Notes: generated from the letters alone by a model not told the origin. A DNA stretch of 55,042 nucleotides from an uncultured Candidatus Saccharibacteria bacterium (GCA_964472605.1 CAYYLG010000001.1:11119-66160); one strand, 5' to 3'. Positions 24,921 through 34,996 are shown, counted from the first letter of the stretch. Program-made: numbers and translations.

Positions 24921-25136
24921 ATGATAGAAGCTGGCTTTATAGAAGGCATTCCTGCTCATTACACAAGAAATGGAAAACCAATTTGGTATGAAATTCTTTT
25001 AAAGAATGGAGAAGTTAGAACGGCTTTTCCTTCTGCTGAAACAAGGAATGAAATACTAATTGATTGGGTAGTAGCATCATCTCGGACTGAAATAATTTCC
25101 GATGAACAAGTCTCTGGTTGGAAAATGATCACTTAG
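24921..25136 (+). CDS. hypothetical small protein (71 aa)
   Basis: GGAGG lies upstream of ATG 24921. The track start at 24894 lies inside the -10 box. Confidence 0.55.
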   Translation: MIEAGFIEGIPAHYTRNGKPIWYEILLKNGEVRTAFPSAETRNEILIDWVVASSRTEIISDEQVSGWKMIT

Positions 25137-25150
25137 GAGTAAAGATCTCA

Positions 25151-26467
25151 ATGTCTTACAAGGCAATCGTTACAAGAATCACGAATATTGAACCGCATCC
25201 AAATGCGGATAGACTTCGTGTAACAAAAATCGCAGGATATAATGTCATTATTGGGTTAAATACTCAAATTAATGATCGTGTAATCCTCTTTCCTCCTGAT
25301 GGTCAGCTTTCTGAGATTTATGCAGAAAAGAACGACCTTGTTGGTTATGTTGATGAAGCAACTGGTGAACGTAAAGGTGGTTACTTCGACAAGAACCGTC
25401 GAGTAAAAGCAACTAGACTTCGTTCAATGAAGTCTGAAGCATATGTTGCTTCTATTGATTCACTTTTCTTTACTGGTGTGGATTTGACTTCACTCAAAGA
25501 TGGTTTTGAATTCGATGAAATTAATGGGTTCAAAATCTGTGAGAAGTATTATACACCTGCCACAAGAAAGGCAATGGCTTCTGGCAAAAAACTTCGGAAA
25601 GATAATGAACATTTCCGTAAGCATATTGACACTAATCAGTATCGCATTCGCAAGGGCGATATTCAGAAAGGTGCGCTGATTTTTATCAGCCAGAAGCTTC
25701 ATGGTACTTCTGCTCGTGGTGGTTTTGTTCTGGATACCAAGAAGATTCCACTTAATCTTTTTGCGAAGATGTGGAATGCAACAGCAGGAAAATTCTTTGG
25801 TTTTTTAAAACCAAAAGAGTTTACGGATTTCGATAGGCTTATCGGAACTCGTAATGTGATTCTTGATAATCCAGATTCAGAAAAGGGTTTCTACAGAAAC
25901 GCTGGATCAACGGAAGAATTTCGCTTTAAGGCTTTTGATTCTTTCAAAGACCTTCTTCGTAAAGGCGAGATTGTTTATTCAGAACTCGTTGGATTTGTGG
26001 ATGAGCGACTTCCAATCATGCCCTTTGTTACTACTTCAAAAAGTAGCAATAAAGAGTTGGTGAAAAAGTACGGAAAAGAAATGCGTTATCTTTATAACTG
26101 TGTTCCTGGTCAGTGTGATCAGTACGTTTACAGAATTACTCAAACTTCTGATGACGGACATCCAACTGAACTTTCTTATTACCAAATGGTAAGAAGAGCA
26201 AAAGAACTCGGTTTGAAGACTCCGCCACTTATGAGAGATCCGTTTGTTTTCGATGGTGATTTCGAAAAGCTTGATGAAATCGTTGAAACACTTACGGAAG
26301 GTCCAGACATCATTGATGATTCTCATATCAGAGAAGGTGTCGTAATTCGTGCCGAAAACCCCGATGGAACGACTGTATTTCTAAAGTCTAAGTCATTCGA
26401 CTTCCTTGTTTTGGAAGGTGTGGCAAAAGACAATGCAGATTACGTCGATCTTGAAGAAGTCTCCTAA
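25151..26467 (+). CDS. ATP-dependent RNA ligase with N-terminal OB/tRNA-binding-like domain (DraRnl/NgrRnl, Rnl5-like)
   Basis: N-terminal ITNIEPHPNADRLRVTKIAGYNVIIG. Motif I QKLHGTS, motif IV-like REGVVIR, motif V FLKSKS. AGGAG lies upstream of ATG 25151. Confidence 0.75.
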   Translation: MSYKAIVTRITNIEPHPNADRLRVTKIAGYNVIIGLNTQINDRVILFPPDGQLSEIYAEKNDLVGYVDEATGERKGGYFDKNRRVKATRLRSMKSEAYVASIDSLFFTGVDLTSLKDGFEFDEINGFKICEKYYTPATRKAMASGKKLRKDNEHFRKHIDTNQYRIRKGDIQKGALIFISQKLHGTSARGGFVLDTKKIPLNLFAKMWNATAGKFFGFLKPKEFTDFDRLIGTRNVILDNPDSEKGFYRNAGSTEEFRFKAFDSFKDLLRKGEIVYSELVGFVDERLPIMPFVTTSKSSNKELVKKYGKEMRYLYNCVPGQCDQYVYRITQTSDDGHPTELSYYQMVRRAKELGLKTPPLMRDPFVFDGDFEKLDEIVETLTEGPDIIDDSHIREGVVIRAENPDGTTVFLKSKSFDFLVLEGVAKDNADYVDLEEVS

Positions 26468-26471
26468 ACAT

Positions 26472-26505
26472 GAGGATGCCCTTTTGGGCATCCTCTAATT
26501 TCTCT
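26472..26505 (+). terminator. rho-independent terminator after the RNA ligase gene
   Basis: GAGGATGCCC-TTTT-GGGCATCCTC (10 bp) followed by TAATTTCTCT. Confidence 0.65.
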
Positions 26506-26517
26506 AAGGAAAAGAAT

Positions 26518-26892
26518 ATGAGAAAAGGAAATTTTAAATTAGGTTATATTCGAGACTATTCTGGTTATGTTGACTTCCTAATGGAAGTTAAGAAAGAATT
26601 TTATAATGACAATGATGACAATGAAGATTTTTATAATCTTTTGGAGCTTAGTCATTCTGAAATAGAATCTGATATGGAACATCAGGATGATGACAATTGG
26701 TTGCCAGATGACGTTTTGAAAAAATGGTTCTTAAAATTTGCTCAAGATGCCAAAGATCAAGCAACTCATGATGACATAAAAGTTTTCCCTGATGATATCT
26801 TTTATCCAGTGTATGTATGTTTTTATTGGGATGAAGATGAAGATACTCATCATATTATTTGGTATAAAGAACAAGAAGTTAAGAAATATTAA
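26518..26892 (+). CDS. acidic hypothetical protein (124 aa)
   Basis: AAGGAAAAG lies upstream of ATG 26518. The track start at 26470 lies inside the terminator hairpin. Confidence 0.55.
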   Translation: MRKGNFKLGYIRDYSGYVDFLMEVKKEFYNDNDDNEDFYNLLELSHSEIESDMEHQDDDNWLPDDVLKKWFLKFAQDAKDQATHDDIKVFPDDIFYPVYVCFYWDEDEDTHHIIWYKEQEVKKY

Positions 26893-26904
26893 AGGATAAA
26901 ATTT

Positions 26905-27951
26905 ATGAGAGAAGACATGGCAGATGAGGTATGGGACAATAAAGCGTTGGCCCATCATCCTCATGATCGTTGGGTAACTTCTGATGGAACTACCTTTTAT
27001 CCATCGGCAATAACTGTAGATAAAGTTCCTCCAGGCATGTATCGTGTACGATTCAACATGTCTATGGGACTGCCTTTTTTTGAAAGGCTTAAAATTAATA
27101 CCGAAGATCTTATTCAATTTCCTGGAACAAATTCAGAAACAATTATAAGAGAAATTCAAGATTTTTGGGAAAGAAAAGAACTTTTTGAGCAATATGAAGT
27201 TGCTTATAAAAGAGGAATCTTTCTTTATGGTCCACCAGGATCTGGTAAGAGTTGTATCATTAGACTTGTTGTTGCAGATCTTGTAAAAAATAGGGGTGGC
27301 GTTTGTCTTATTATGGGCGACCCTGAAACTTTCATGACTGGTCTTCGTAAATTTCGTGAGATACAGCCAGAGACTCCTGTTGTTGTTCTTCTTGAAGATA
27401 TTGATGAAATCTTGAGAAGATACAACGAATCTGAAGTTCTTAATATTTTGGATGGTTTGGAAAATGTAGATAATACTGTTTTCCTCGCAACAACCAACTA
27501 TCCAAAACGTTTGGGGGCTAGAATCATCAATCGTCCAAGTCGTTTTGATAAGAGATTTCTTATTGACTTTCCTACAATTGAAGCAAGAGAGATTTACCTT
27601 AAAAATCTTGCTAAAAGAGGAAATGTTCAAATCAACATTAAGAAATGGGCAAAGGATACTGAAAAATTCACTTTTGCTCATCTTAAGGAACTGTTTGTTG
27701 CAGTTGTTATTCTTGATAACGACTACGAAACATCCCTTGAGAGTCTTAAGAAAATGAGAATCATTCCTGAAGATCCTGAAGAGTTTGATGAAGTTGATTC
27801 TTCTGATCCAGATGATGATTGTGATGAAGATGATGAGGACGAAAACAAAGAAGATCAAGAGATTCCTGAAGCAGTTGTACAAGTCGCTCAGGAACTTCTT
27901 GGAATGATCAAAACCTCTATGAAAAATAGAGAAGTTAAAGATGAAGAATAA
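26905..27951 (+). CDS. AAA+ ATPase (classical AAA) with acidic C-terminal tail
   Basis: Walker A GPPGSGKS, Walker B VVLLEDIDE, second region of homology TTNYPKRLGARIINRPSRFDKR. Confidence 0.85.
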   Translation: MREDMADEVWDNKALAHHPHDRWVTSDGTTFYPSAITVDKVPPGMYRVRFNMSMGLPFFERLKINTEDLIQFPGTNSETIIREIQDFWERKELFEQYEVAYKRGIFLYGPPGSGKSCIIRLVVADLVKNRGGVCLIMGDPETFMTGLRKFREIQPETPVVVLLEDIDEILRRYNESEVLNILDGLENVDNTVFLATTNYPKRLGARIINRPSRFDKRFLIDFPTIEAREIYLKNLAKRGNVQINIKKWAKDTEKFTFAHLKELFVAVVILDNDYETSLESLKKMRIIPEDPEEFDEVDSSDPDDDCDEDDEDENKEDQEIPEAVVQVAQELLGMIKTSMKNREVKDEE

Positions 27952-27956
27952 TTGCG

Positions 27957-28004
27957 GGGCTTTGGAGAGTCCATCCTTTCCAAGCCCTGATAATTTCTTT
28001 TTTT
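27957..28004 (+). terminator. possible terminator
   Basis: Imperfect stem GGGCTT...AAGCCC followed by TTTCTTTTTTT. Confidence 0.35.
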
Positions 28005-28029
28005 ACTTTCAATAATATAGGAGAATGAG

Positions 28030-28557
28030 ATGCAATTTTATATACCATCAATTGGTGATCAAATTAGACTCCTTGAAGGCTGGCGTTTTAGATTATTTGC
28101 AGAATATAGAAACTCTGCTTTTGCTGCTGCCATTTTTGGATATGGAGTAGATGGTGTCGCTCAAAATGAAAAGAAAAGAGATTTTTTAACAGATTTACAG
28201 TCTGCTCAATTCAAACTTGATAAGTTAAAAAGCAAATCTCTTGTTCCAACTGCTCAAGGCTCTCCTCAATTTAGGGATATATGGGGAGCCAACGGAGATT
28301 TTTTAATTGTAACTCTTCCGAAGGGATTGATTCTTACTGTAGATAGAATCTATATCCGAAAAGGTAAAGAAGATTTTGATTCAATTACATTTAATGTTCC
28401 CAAGAAAACATCAAATGTAGAAGGTCTTAATGGAAGGTTTTGGGCAAAACTTTCTGATGTGAATAGATTGCAATTTGAAAAGTTTATTCCAGGCAAACAG
28501 TCTTGGATTAGCTCTGTTGATGAAGAGTATGATGAATTTGATTTAGTTGAAATATGA
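28030..28557 (+). CDS. hypothetical protein (175 aa); C-terminal ...FDLVEI
   Basis: TAGGAGAA lies upstream of the ATG. Ends in the shared C-terminal tail. Confidence 0.65.
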   Translation: MQFYIPSIGDQIRLLEGWRFRLFAEYRNSAFAAAIFGYGVDGVAQNEKKRDFLTDLQSAQFKLDKLKSKSLVPTAQGSPQFRDIWGANGDFLIVTLPKGLILTVDRIYIRKGKEDFDSITFNVPKKTSNVEGLNGRFWAKLSDVNRLQFEKFIPGKQSWISSVDEEYDEFDLVEI

Positions 28558-28796
28558 AAATAAGTTATGGAGATAAGTCCGCAGAAGTCCATCTAATAAA
28601 ATCAGATATTGATATTGGAAATTGGACTGTTAGTTTTGATTTTTCTGTTTTAGCTTCAAACCCTGAAGAGGCAGCAAAACTAATAGATATTCTTAAAATA
28701 GAATATGAAAATTTAATAAATCCTTCTCCAATTTCTGTAAACCAAATAGAACAAGAAATAGAAATTGAAGATTATTTTAAATTTATTGAAATATGA
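28554..28796 (+). CDS. hypothetical protein (80 aa); C-terminal ...FKFIEI
   Basis: ATGA overlap with the upstream gene. Ends in the shared C-terminal tail. Confidence 0.6.
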   Translation: MKISYGDKSAEVHLIKSDIDIGNWTVSFDFSVLASNPEEAAKLIDILKIEYENLINPSPISVNQIEQEIEIEDYFKFIEI

Positions 28797-29323
28797 TTAC
28801 ATTTAATGAAAATCAAAGAGTACATTTTGGATCAGATCTCTTAGATCTAAAGATGACTTATGAAAAGCCTTTGTTTGTTACTCACAAACCAAGAGGGCTT
28901 TGGTATGGATTTGGAGATTCATGGATTTCTTGGTGTTTCCGAGAAGGTTGTAATAGTTTTGTCAATAAAAGAAATAGTATTCATGAATTGAATATTGATT
29001 TAGAACAAATATTAGTAATTGATAGTAAAGAAAAACTTATAGAATTTTCAAACAAGTACGGAACTTCTATTTTAGGAAGAAAAAGTTTCAAAGGATTTAA
29101 AGAAAGTGTTGATTGGGCAGAAGTTATGTCTCAATACAAAGGGATTGAAATCTCACCATATTACCCTTCTTTTGATCTAGGTAATGACTTCTTCTGGTAT
29201 TTTGGATGGGATTGCGCATCTGGATGTTTGTGGGATTTATCTTGTCTAAAAGAGGAACCAAAATTATTATACAGTAAAGCCGATCAAACAGGATGGGATT
29301 ACAATGAAGTTGAAAAAGAGTAG
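28793..29323 (+). CDS. hypothetical protein (176 aa)
   Basis: ATGA overlap with the upstream gene. Contains the W-rich motif FWYFGWDCASGCLWD. Family not recognised. Confidence 0.6.
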   Translation: MITFNENQRVHFGSDLLDLKMTYEKPLFVTHKPRGLWYGFGDSWISWCFREGCNSFVNKRNSIHELNIDLEQILVIDSKEKLIEFSNKYGTSILGRKSFKGFKESVDWAEVMSQYKGIEISPYYPSFDLGNDFFWYFGWDCASGCLWDLSCLKEEPKLLYSKADQTGWDYNEVEKE

Positions 29324-29558
29324 AACCTGGTGTTTAAAAGAGAAGAAAAGGTTTTATACTGAATTTATTCCCAAATATAGTAAAGCAAGATTGGATTTCT
29401 CTTTCTTTGGTGAGATTATTAGACCTTTAAAAAAGTATAAGAGATTTAAAGTCGTAAGATGTCCAGATTGTAATCGTCGTTTAACTGTTTCTTCAGAATA
29501 TGATATGGATGGTTTTGAAATATATTATTATATACCACCGCATAAAAAAAGATCATGA
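29304..29558 (+). CDS. hypothetical basic protein with CxxC (84 aa)
   Basis: Start overlaps the upstream gene. Contains RCPDCNRR. Confidence 0.5.
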   Translation: MKLKKSRTWCLKEKKRFYTEFIPKYSKARLDFSFFGEIIRPLKKYKRFKVVRCPDCNRRLTVSSEYDMDGFEIYYYIPPHKKRS

Positions 29559-29980
29559 AATATAGTGCTTATCATAATTACAGTATGCATAAAAACTTAA
29601 TAATGTTTTTGTTGGAAAAAACTCCAACTAAATATTTTGATAAAAATGGTTATAATATATGTTTTGGTGATACAGTTAAAGTTCCTGTATTGAGGGCTAG
29701 TGAATGTAAGAAAATTAGAAACAAAAATCATGGTCTTTTTTATTTAAATGGTATTGTTGTACCAGAAAATATTGGTACTAAAAATTATGAACCACAAATA
29801 ATGTTTTGGTCAGAGGATGTATCTAAATTAACAAATCCAATTAGACCAGAGATATTCTCTCAACATCTTTTTTATGCTGAAGAATTGTCATGGAAAGAAG
29901 TTGAAATTACAAACAATAAGACGGAATTGTTGAGTAGACAAAATAATTTTGAAGATACTTTAGATTTTATAGAGATTTAA
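29555..29980 (+). CDS. hypothetical protein (141 aa); C-terminal ...LDFIEI
   Basis: ATGA overlap with the upstream gene. Ends in the shared C-terminal tail. Confidence 0.6.
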   Translation: MKYSAYHNYSMHKNLIMFLLEKTPTKYFDKNGYNICFGDTVKVPVLRASECKKIRNKNHGLFYLNGIVVPENIGTKNYEPQIMFWSEDVSKLTNPIRPEIFSQHLFYAEELSWKEVEITNNKTELLSRQNNFEDTLDFIEI

Positions 29981-29981
29981 A

Positions 29982-30500
29982 ATGGAAAGACCAGATTGGC
30001 ACACATATTTTATGTCAATTGCTTTTGTTGTAGCACAACGAAGTATTGATACAAGTACTAAAGTTGGATGTGTAGTTGTTAATAAAGAAAATAGTATATT
30101 GACAACGGGTTATAATGGGCCTCCTAGAGGAATGAAGGATATAAACATTCCAACTACTCGTCCAGAAAAGTATTCCTATATGTCTCATGCCGAAATTAAT
30201 GCGATAGCAAATGCAGCAAGACATGGAATTAGTTTGAGAGATTCTGTATTTTATGTAACAACTCCGCCTTGTGATGTTTGTTTTAGATCAATAATTAACT
30301 GTGGGGCTGAGAAAGTTATATATGGTCCAATTCCAACTGGTCAAGATCATCGTTATAATTTTGATACAACAATCAGGATGATGAAAGAGTCTGGAATCTC
30401 TCTTGTCTCTTTTGAGAGTCTTCATCCAGAGAATCCACTTGGTTTTATAGAAGTTTTAGAATCAATACCTCCATACCTTAAGAAAAAGATCGAAAAATAA
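29982..30500 (+). CDS. dCMP deaminase
   Basis: Motifs SHAEINAI and TPPCDVC (the zinc-binding HAE...PCxxC pattern). Confidence 0.85.
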   Translation: MERPDWHTYFMSIAFVVAQRSIDTSTKVGCVVVNKENSILTTGYNGPPRGMKDINIPTTRPEKYSYMSHAEINAIANAARHGISLRDSVFYVTTPPCDVCFRSIINCGAEKVIYGPIPTGQDHRYNFDTTIRMMKESGISLVSFESLHPENPLGFIEVLESIPPYLKKKIEK

Positions 30501-30502
30501 AC

Positions 30503-30543
30503 TGGCCAATTTGCTTGACAAGTGAATTAGTTTGGCCTAAACT
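30503..30543 (+). promoter_or_regulatory. promoter, TGGCCAA-N-TTGAC class
   Basis: TGGCCAA 30503-30509, TTGACA 30515-30520, then a 17-nt spacer and TAAACT 30538-30543. Confidence 0.55.
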
Positions 30544-30570
30544 GGTTCAAACCAGTGGGAGAGGTATCTT

Positions 30571-31437
30571 ATGCCGAAACAATCTTTGGAAGATATGGTT
30601 GCCTCAAAAATGGGGCGAATGGCTTTAAGTCTCTTCAAAAATGATGAAGAGTTTAAAGCTGCAAAAGATGCAGAAGACATTTGTAATCTTTTGAAGAAAC
30701 GTTCTAATGGTGATGTCCAAACGACACCACAAACAGTTCTTCGTATGATTAACAACTGGATTGCTAGTAATAAATGTAAGGCTTCTGATTTTGCAGAGAT
30801 ATTAAAAGCTTCAAAGAAAGGAACTGGACGTAAAGGTAAAATTAGTTTCCGTGAAGAGTTAGAAACTTATTATAAGAAAGATATTTGGAAAGTATTTGGA
30901 GAGAAACTGAGCGGTTGTAAGGATATCGCACAGGCTTTGTCTGTCTTGTCTCATGATTCAAATGGCAAGATTAAAACCAGTGAACAAACATTTCGCAAGA
31001 CAGTTGAAGCTGGAATTGAAGCAAATGAAATTCCAAAAGATGCTTCCTGGATTTCTATTGTACCAAAAAAACGTCGTAGAAGGACTGCTGAAGAAAAAGC
31101 TAAAGAAAGTTCTTCTGTTGAGTCAGACAATCTAGTCAATGCAAAGGTCCATTGCAAAAAATGTGGATTCACAGGTCAAAAGGTAGTCGCTATATATAAC
31201 AAGCATTGTGGTACTGCGCTTAAAGCACAACGCTGTGCTAAGTGTCAGTCGTGGGCAAGTGGTATTCTTACGTTTGAAGCATATGGCAAAGTTGTCAGTA
31301 AAACATGTACAACAGATCCTGATGGTTGTGTTGGTGAGGATTTCATTGATGAGAATTGGAATATTATTCCAAATCCTTTCATGGAATCTCCATCAAAAGA
31401 ACAATTAGATAAAATGAAAAAGAGGAAGGTTATGTAG
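30571..31437 (+). CDS. hypothetical protein with C-terminal zinc ribbons (288 aa)
   Basis: GGGAGAGG lies upstream of the ATG. Contains CKKCG...CAKC. Confidence 0.65.
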   Translation: MPKQSLEDMVASKMGRMALSLFKNDEEFKAAKDAEDICNLLKKRSNGDVQTTPQTVLRMINNWIASNKCKASDFAEILKASKKGTGRKGKISFREELETYYKKDIWKVFGEKLSGCKDIAQALSVLSHDSNGKIKTSEQTFRKTVEAGIEANEIPKDASWISIVPKKRRRRTAEEKAKESSSVESDNLVNAKVHCKKCGFTGQKVVAIYNKHCGTALKAQRCAKCQSWASGILTFEAYGKVVSKTCTTDPDGCVGEDFIDENWNIIPNPFMESPSKEQLDKMKKRKVM

Positions 31438-32936
31438 TGATAGAGAGAGCGCCTATTTTATTAGAGGATATAACTAGAGCAATAAATAGTTTCGAAGATC
31501 AAAAAAATATTATAGATGCTATTTTTTCAGAAATAGATTTTGTAATGAACTCTATTCCTGAATCTTTAATTAAAGATGATAGAGCATTAACTTTTCTTGC
31601 AGCATACTATTCGAATAAAACAGGCTCTAATACATTCTTAACCATTATCTTAGCTCTTTCATCTTTTTTAGGTGAAGATGAAGTTGATTTGTTATTAAAA
31701 GAGTTAGTTTTTTTAAATAGCGAAGATCTTTTAATAATAGAAGACACTATTAAAAATTTTAGAGATAATAATTTTTTATATAACAAGTTTTGTGAATGTG
31801 TTCAAGATGCAAAAAATTTGTGCTATAAAATTAATTTAAACAATAATAATTTTTCCACTAAAGTAGGTAAAGAGTTTTCTATATTCTACCTATTGTCTAT
31901 TGTATTTGGAAAAGAGAAGTTTGATTCAAATACTAAAATTTTAAAAGATTGTTGTATACTAACAAAATTTAAAGATATAAAAAGAAATTCTGTAAATATT
32001 AATGTTGGTAATTTGGTATTTATGGAAGAAAGATCTGTCTTTAGTGATAGGTCATTGTTTAAACCTTTAATACCAAAATCTTTAATGTTAGAAATTAGTG
32101 ATTTGAGCAAGTTCTCCAAATCAGCAGAAGATGCTGTTTTACTTTATTTTGAAGTATCTATTTCAGAAATAGAAAACTGGGAGATAGAGAATGATTGGAA
32201 GGTTTTGTCATTCAAACAGAGGATAAATATTCAAAATATAAAAAGGATAAAGTATGTTGGAGATCTAAGTTTCAAAACAAAGCATATTGAAAATTTCGAG
32301 AATATAAATCTTCCGTTTGATCTTTCTATCTATGATTTAAGTAATACTAAGATTATTTTTCCTTTTTATAACACTATAGAAAGACTTGAAAAAATTTCAA
32401 CCATCAAGCCCAACATAAAACCTGCTTTAAATACTTTAGATAAGGTTTTAGATATTGAGAGGGAATGTATAGTTAGATTTACAAAAATATCTATTTTAAA
32501 AACGTTCAAAGGTTTTGGTAATATAATTAACATATGTCATCAAGGAACATTTGAACCTTTCTTTTTCTTTGGAGAATTAAACTTACAAAAAATTCCTTCC
32601 GTATTCTCAGTTGGTATTCATGATGGAAGAAATTGGATAAATAATGACTTTAATATAAGTAAATTCTATTTAAAAGAAATGTCTGATTTCTGTTTAGACT
32701 TGATAGTTCAGAAACATGAAATTTCCTTATTTATAAAACCTTTTGATAAAAACAATTTTAATCCTATAATGATTAAAAGTGAAAAATTAAAAACAAATCA
32801 TGACTTTACCAAAAGCACTCTTTACCTTGGTTCGGCCAATAAAAATTATCGTTCATCAATAATGGATGTTGATGAGGTCTTTATGTATCATACCCCTCAA
32901 AATATAGGTGATTATTTAACTTCAGAAGTTTGTTAA
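31437..32936 (+). CDS. hypothetical protein with C-terminal LamG/concanavalin-like module (499 aa)
   Basis: GTG start overlaps the upstream TAG. C-terminal motifs VGIHDGRNW and STLYLGSANKNYRSSIMDVDEVFMY. The gene is very AT-rich. Confidence 0.55.
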   Translation: MIERAPILLEDITRAINSFEDQKNIIDAIFSEIDFVMNSIPESLIKDDRALTFLAAYYSNKTGSNTFLTIILALSSFLGEDEVDLLLKELVFLNSEDLLIIEDTIKNFRDNNFLYNKFCECVQDAKNLCYKINLNNNNFSTKVGKEFSIFYLLSIVFGKEKFDSNTKILKDCCILTKFKDIKRNSVNINVGNLVFMEERSVFSDRSLFKPLIPKSLMLEISDLSKFSKSAEDAVLLYFEVSISEIENWEIENDWKVLSFKQRINIQNIKRIKYVGDLSFKTKHIENFENINLPFDLSIYDLSNTKIIFPFYNTIERLEKISTIKPNIKPALNTLDKVLDIERECIVRFTKISILKTFKGFGNIINICHQGTFEPFFFFGELNLQKIPSVFSVGIHDGRNWINNDFNISKFYLKEMSDFCLDLIVQKHEISLFIKPFDKNNFNPIMIKSEKLKTNHDFTKSTLYLGSANKNYRSSIMDVDEVFMYHTPQNIGDYLTSEVC

Positions 32937-32939
32937 ATT

Positions 32940-34163
32940 ATGATAAATACTTTTTTTAAACTGCAAAAAATTAAAAAACTTTTAACTTCTATAGAATTTG
33001 AAGTAGAAAATCCTAGATTTTCGATCTGTAAAAAAATTCTTTTATTGAGAGAATTTTTGTTATCAGCAAAAGTCACACAGGCCCTTTTATTTGGTGGCTT
33101 TGTGAGAGACTATCTTTATTACAGAAGTTGGTATGTACTTAGAAACCTTTATACAAAAGATAGCGGCGATTTCGATATTAGTATTGATGAAAAAGATTTT
33201 TATAAGTTAAAAGCATATTGCAAGTCTGTTAATACTGATAAAAATTATGGATTTGTAATAAAGTATGAAGATGATTCTAAAATTAGTTTATATTTTTATG
33301 ATTTGGAGATGAAAGTAGATTTTTGTACATTTCATCCTAGTGAAACACATTTTTCTTGTTGTACAATGTCTTATGATATTATAAAATTAAAATTTCCTAT
33401 TTCCATAATTAAAAACAAATGGAATATAGATGCTATTTATAACTTTTGTATAGGAAAAAAGATAGTAGCAAATTTTAATAAGACCAAACCACAAGAAATT
33501 TTTACCTTTGATTATTATTCTGATTTATTATCCTTTTCCGAAAAATATAATTTAAAAATTGAAAAAGAAACATTAGAAGATTTTAAATATCTTGATCATT
33601 TTTTGAGCGAAAAAAAGAACTATGCATATCTACCAAAAGAAGTAAATAGATTACTCTCAAACAAAAGAAAAAGAAATTTTGTAGTTAATAATTTTCAAAA
33701 AATAAAAGATTTCTACAGTCTTATTGGTTGTTACAATATAGTAGATTATTTTTCTGAGATAGAGAATACTTTAAACCTTTCAACTTTAAAGAAGGAAAAA
33801 ATAAAAATATTAGAAGACTCAGTATTAGAATATTCTTTAAATACAAAGTATTGTATTAATGATTATGACGCTTTTAATATTTGTAAAAATGAAGATTTAG
33901 CAAACTCTATTTACTTTTATGTTTCTTTTAGGGGTGTTTTTTCTAACAATTTAGAAATCGGATTTCATGATGGTACTGACTGGAGAACAAAGCATTTTTT
34001 TATTCTGAGATCTGAAGAAATAAAATTCAATATTACCAATAATATTATTAAAGTATTTATAGATGAAAATGAAATATTTTCACATAGCTTATATGTTAAT
34101 TCTTTTCTTGTAAATTATGATATTAAAAGAAACAACGATTATGGGGTTTTGAAATGTTTATAA
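32940..34163 (+). CDS. polyA polymerase/CCA-adding-type nucleotidyltransferase head + LamG-like C-terminal module
   Basis: ALLFGGFVRDYL...SGDFDISID matches the GGxVRD...DxD pattern. C-terminal IGFHDGTDW parallels the corresponding segment of ORF 31437. Confidence 0.55.
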   Translation: MINTFFKLQKIKKLLTSIEFEVENPRFSICKKILLLREFLLSAKVTQALLFGGFVRDYLYYRSWYVLRNLYTKDSGDFDISIDEKDFYKLKAYCKSVNTDKNYGFVIKYEDDSKISLYFYDLEMKVDFCTFHPSETHFSCCTMSYDIIKLKFPISIIKNKWNIDAIYNFCIGKKIVANFNKTKPQEIFTFDYYSDLLSFSEKYNLKIEKETLEDFKYLDHFLSEKKNYAYLPKEVNRLLSNKRKRNFVVNNFQKIKDFYSLIGCYNIVDYFSEIENTLNLSTLKKEKIKILEDSVLEYSLNTKYCINDYDAFNICKNEDLANSIYFYVSFRGVFSNNLEIGFHDGTDWRTKHFFILRSEEIKFNITNNIIKVFIDENEIFSHSLYVNSFLVNYDIKRNNDYGVLKCL

Positions 34164-34996
34164 AGAAAACACATAAAATTTACTACAGTCTAAATGAAGT
34201 AATTGAAAAATTTAGAGAAGTTCAACCAAATAAGTTTACTGACATTGGTTGTGGTGTGTGCTTTATAAAATTTAAGGAAGATCTAGACGTAAGTAAGGTT
34301 GAAAAATTTTTAAAATACTATTGTATAGAGAACTCATGGAGCCCAGACCTTCCTTTAGAAACATTTTTTAAATATTTTAATGGAGATAAAGAGGACATTG
34401 AATTTTCAAACTTTATAGTAGATCAGTATAGTAAGTTTGGTTCTATTTCTGGTGGAAATCATTTTATTGAATATGGTAGAACAAGTGATAATCAAAACTA
34501 TTTCATTATTCATTCTGGAAATAATGGAATATATGAATATCTATATAAAAGATTTGGATCTTCAAAAGCAATCTTTATAAGTAAATTAATTGCCATTGAA
34601 AATAGAAAAGAAATAATGAACAAATTAATATATATCTTTAAAATAAGAAATATAGAAAAAAAATTTGATCAAGTTCATTATAATGCAATTAAAGTTGACA
34701 GTAATAGTGATTATAGACTTTTAAGAGGTGTTAGTAGAGCAGACGAATCTAATGGAAATATATTTTTAAATGGTCCTTGGAAAAAATCACTTTTAATTTA
34801 TCCTAACAAAAATGCCGAATATGTATCACATGGATTCGAAGAAATCGTTTTTGGTGAGGTCAATTATAAGAATAAAAAGAATTATTTCAATAAAAATTAT
34901 TTTAGAGAATATAAAGAAATTCCTATTTATGAAGAAATTAAAAGCTATTTAGAATTAAACCCTCTTGTTATTTCAAGACCTATAGGAATCTTTTAA
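34154..34996 (+). CDS. compact, divergent RtcB-like protein (280 aa)
   Basis: RtcB-like motifs occur in order: FTDIGCGV, SGGNHFIEYG, IIHSGNNG, VHYNAI...LLRGVSRA, VSHG, YKEI. It is about 130 aa shorter than E. coli RtcB, and the HGAGR motif is reduced to HGFEE. Confidence 0.5.
   Translation: MFIKKTHKIYYSLNEVIEKFREVQPNKFTDIGCGVCFIKFKEDLDVSKVEKFLKYYCIENSWSPDLPLETFFKYFNGDKEDIEFSNFIVDQYSKFGSISGGNHFIEYGRTSDNQNYFIIHSGNNGIYEYLYKRFGSSKAIFISKLIAIENRKEIMNKLIYIFKIRNIEKKFDQVHYNAIKVDSNSDYRLLRGVSRADESNGNIFLNGPWKKSLLIYPNKNAEYVSHGFEEIVFGEVNYKNKKNYFNKNYFREYKEIPIYEEIKSYLELNPLVISRPIGIF

Noticed and set aside
27133-27882. 249-aa ORF on the minus strand
   Set aside because: It is fully antisense to the well-supported AAA+ ATPase gene. 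The translation is low-complexity and I/F/N/K-rich, as expected from AT-rich antisense sequence. It has no RBS or motif.
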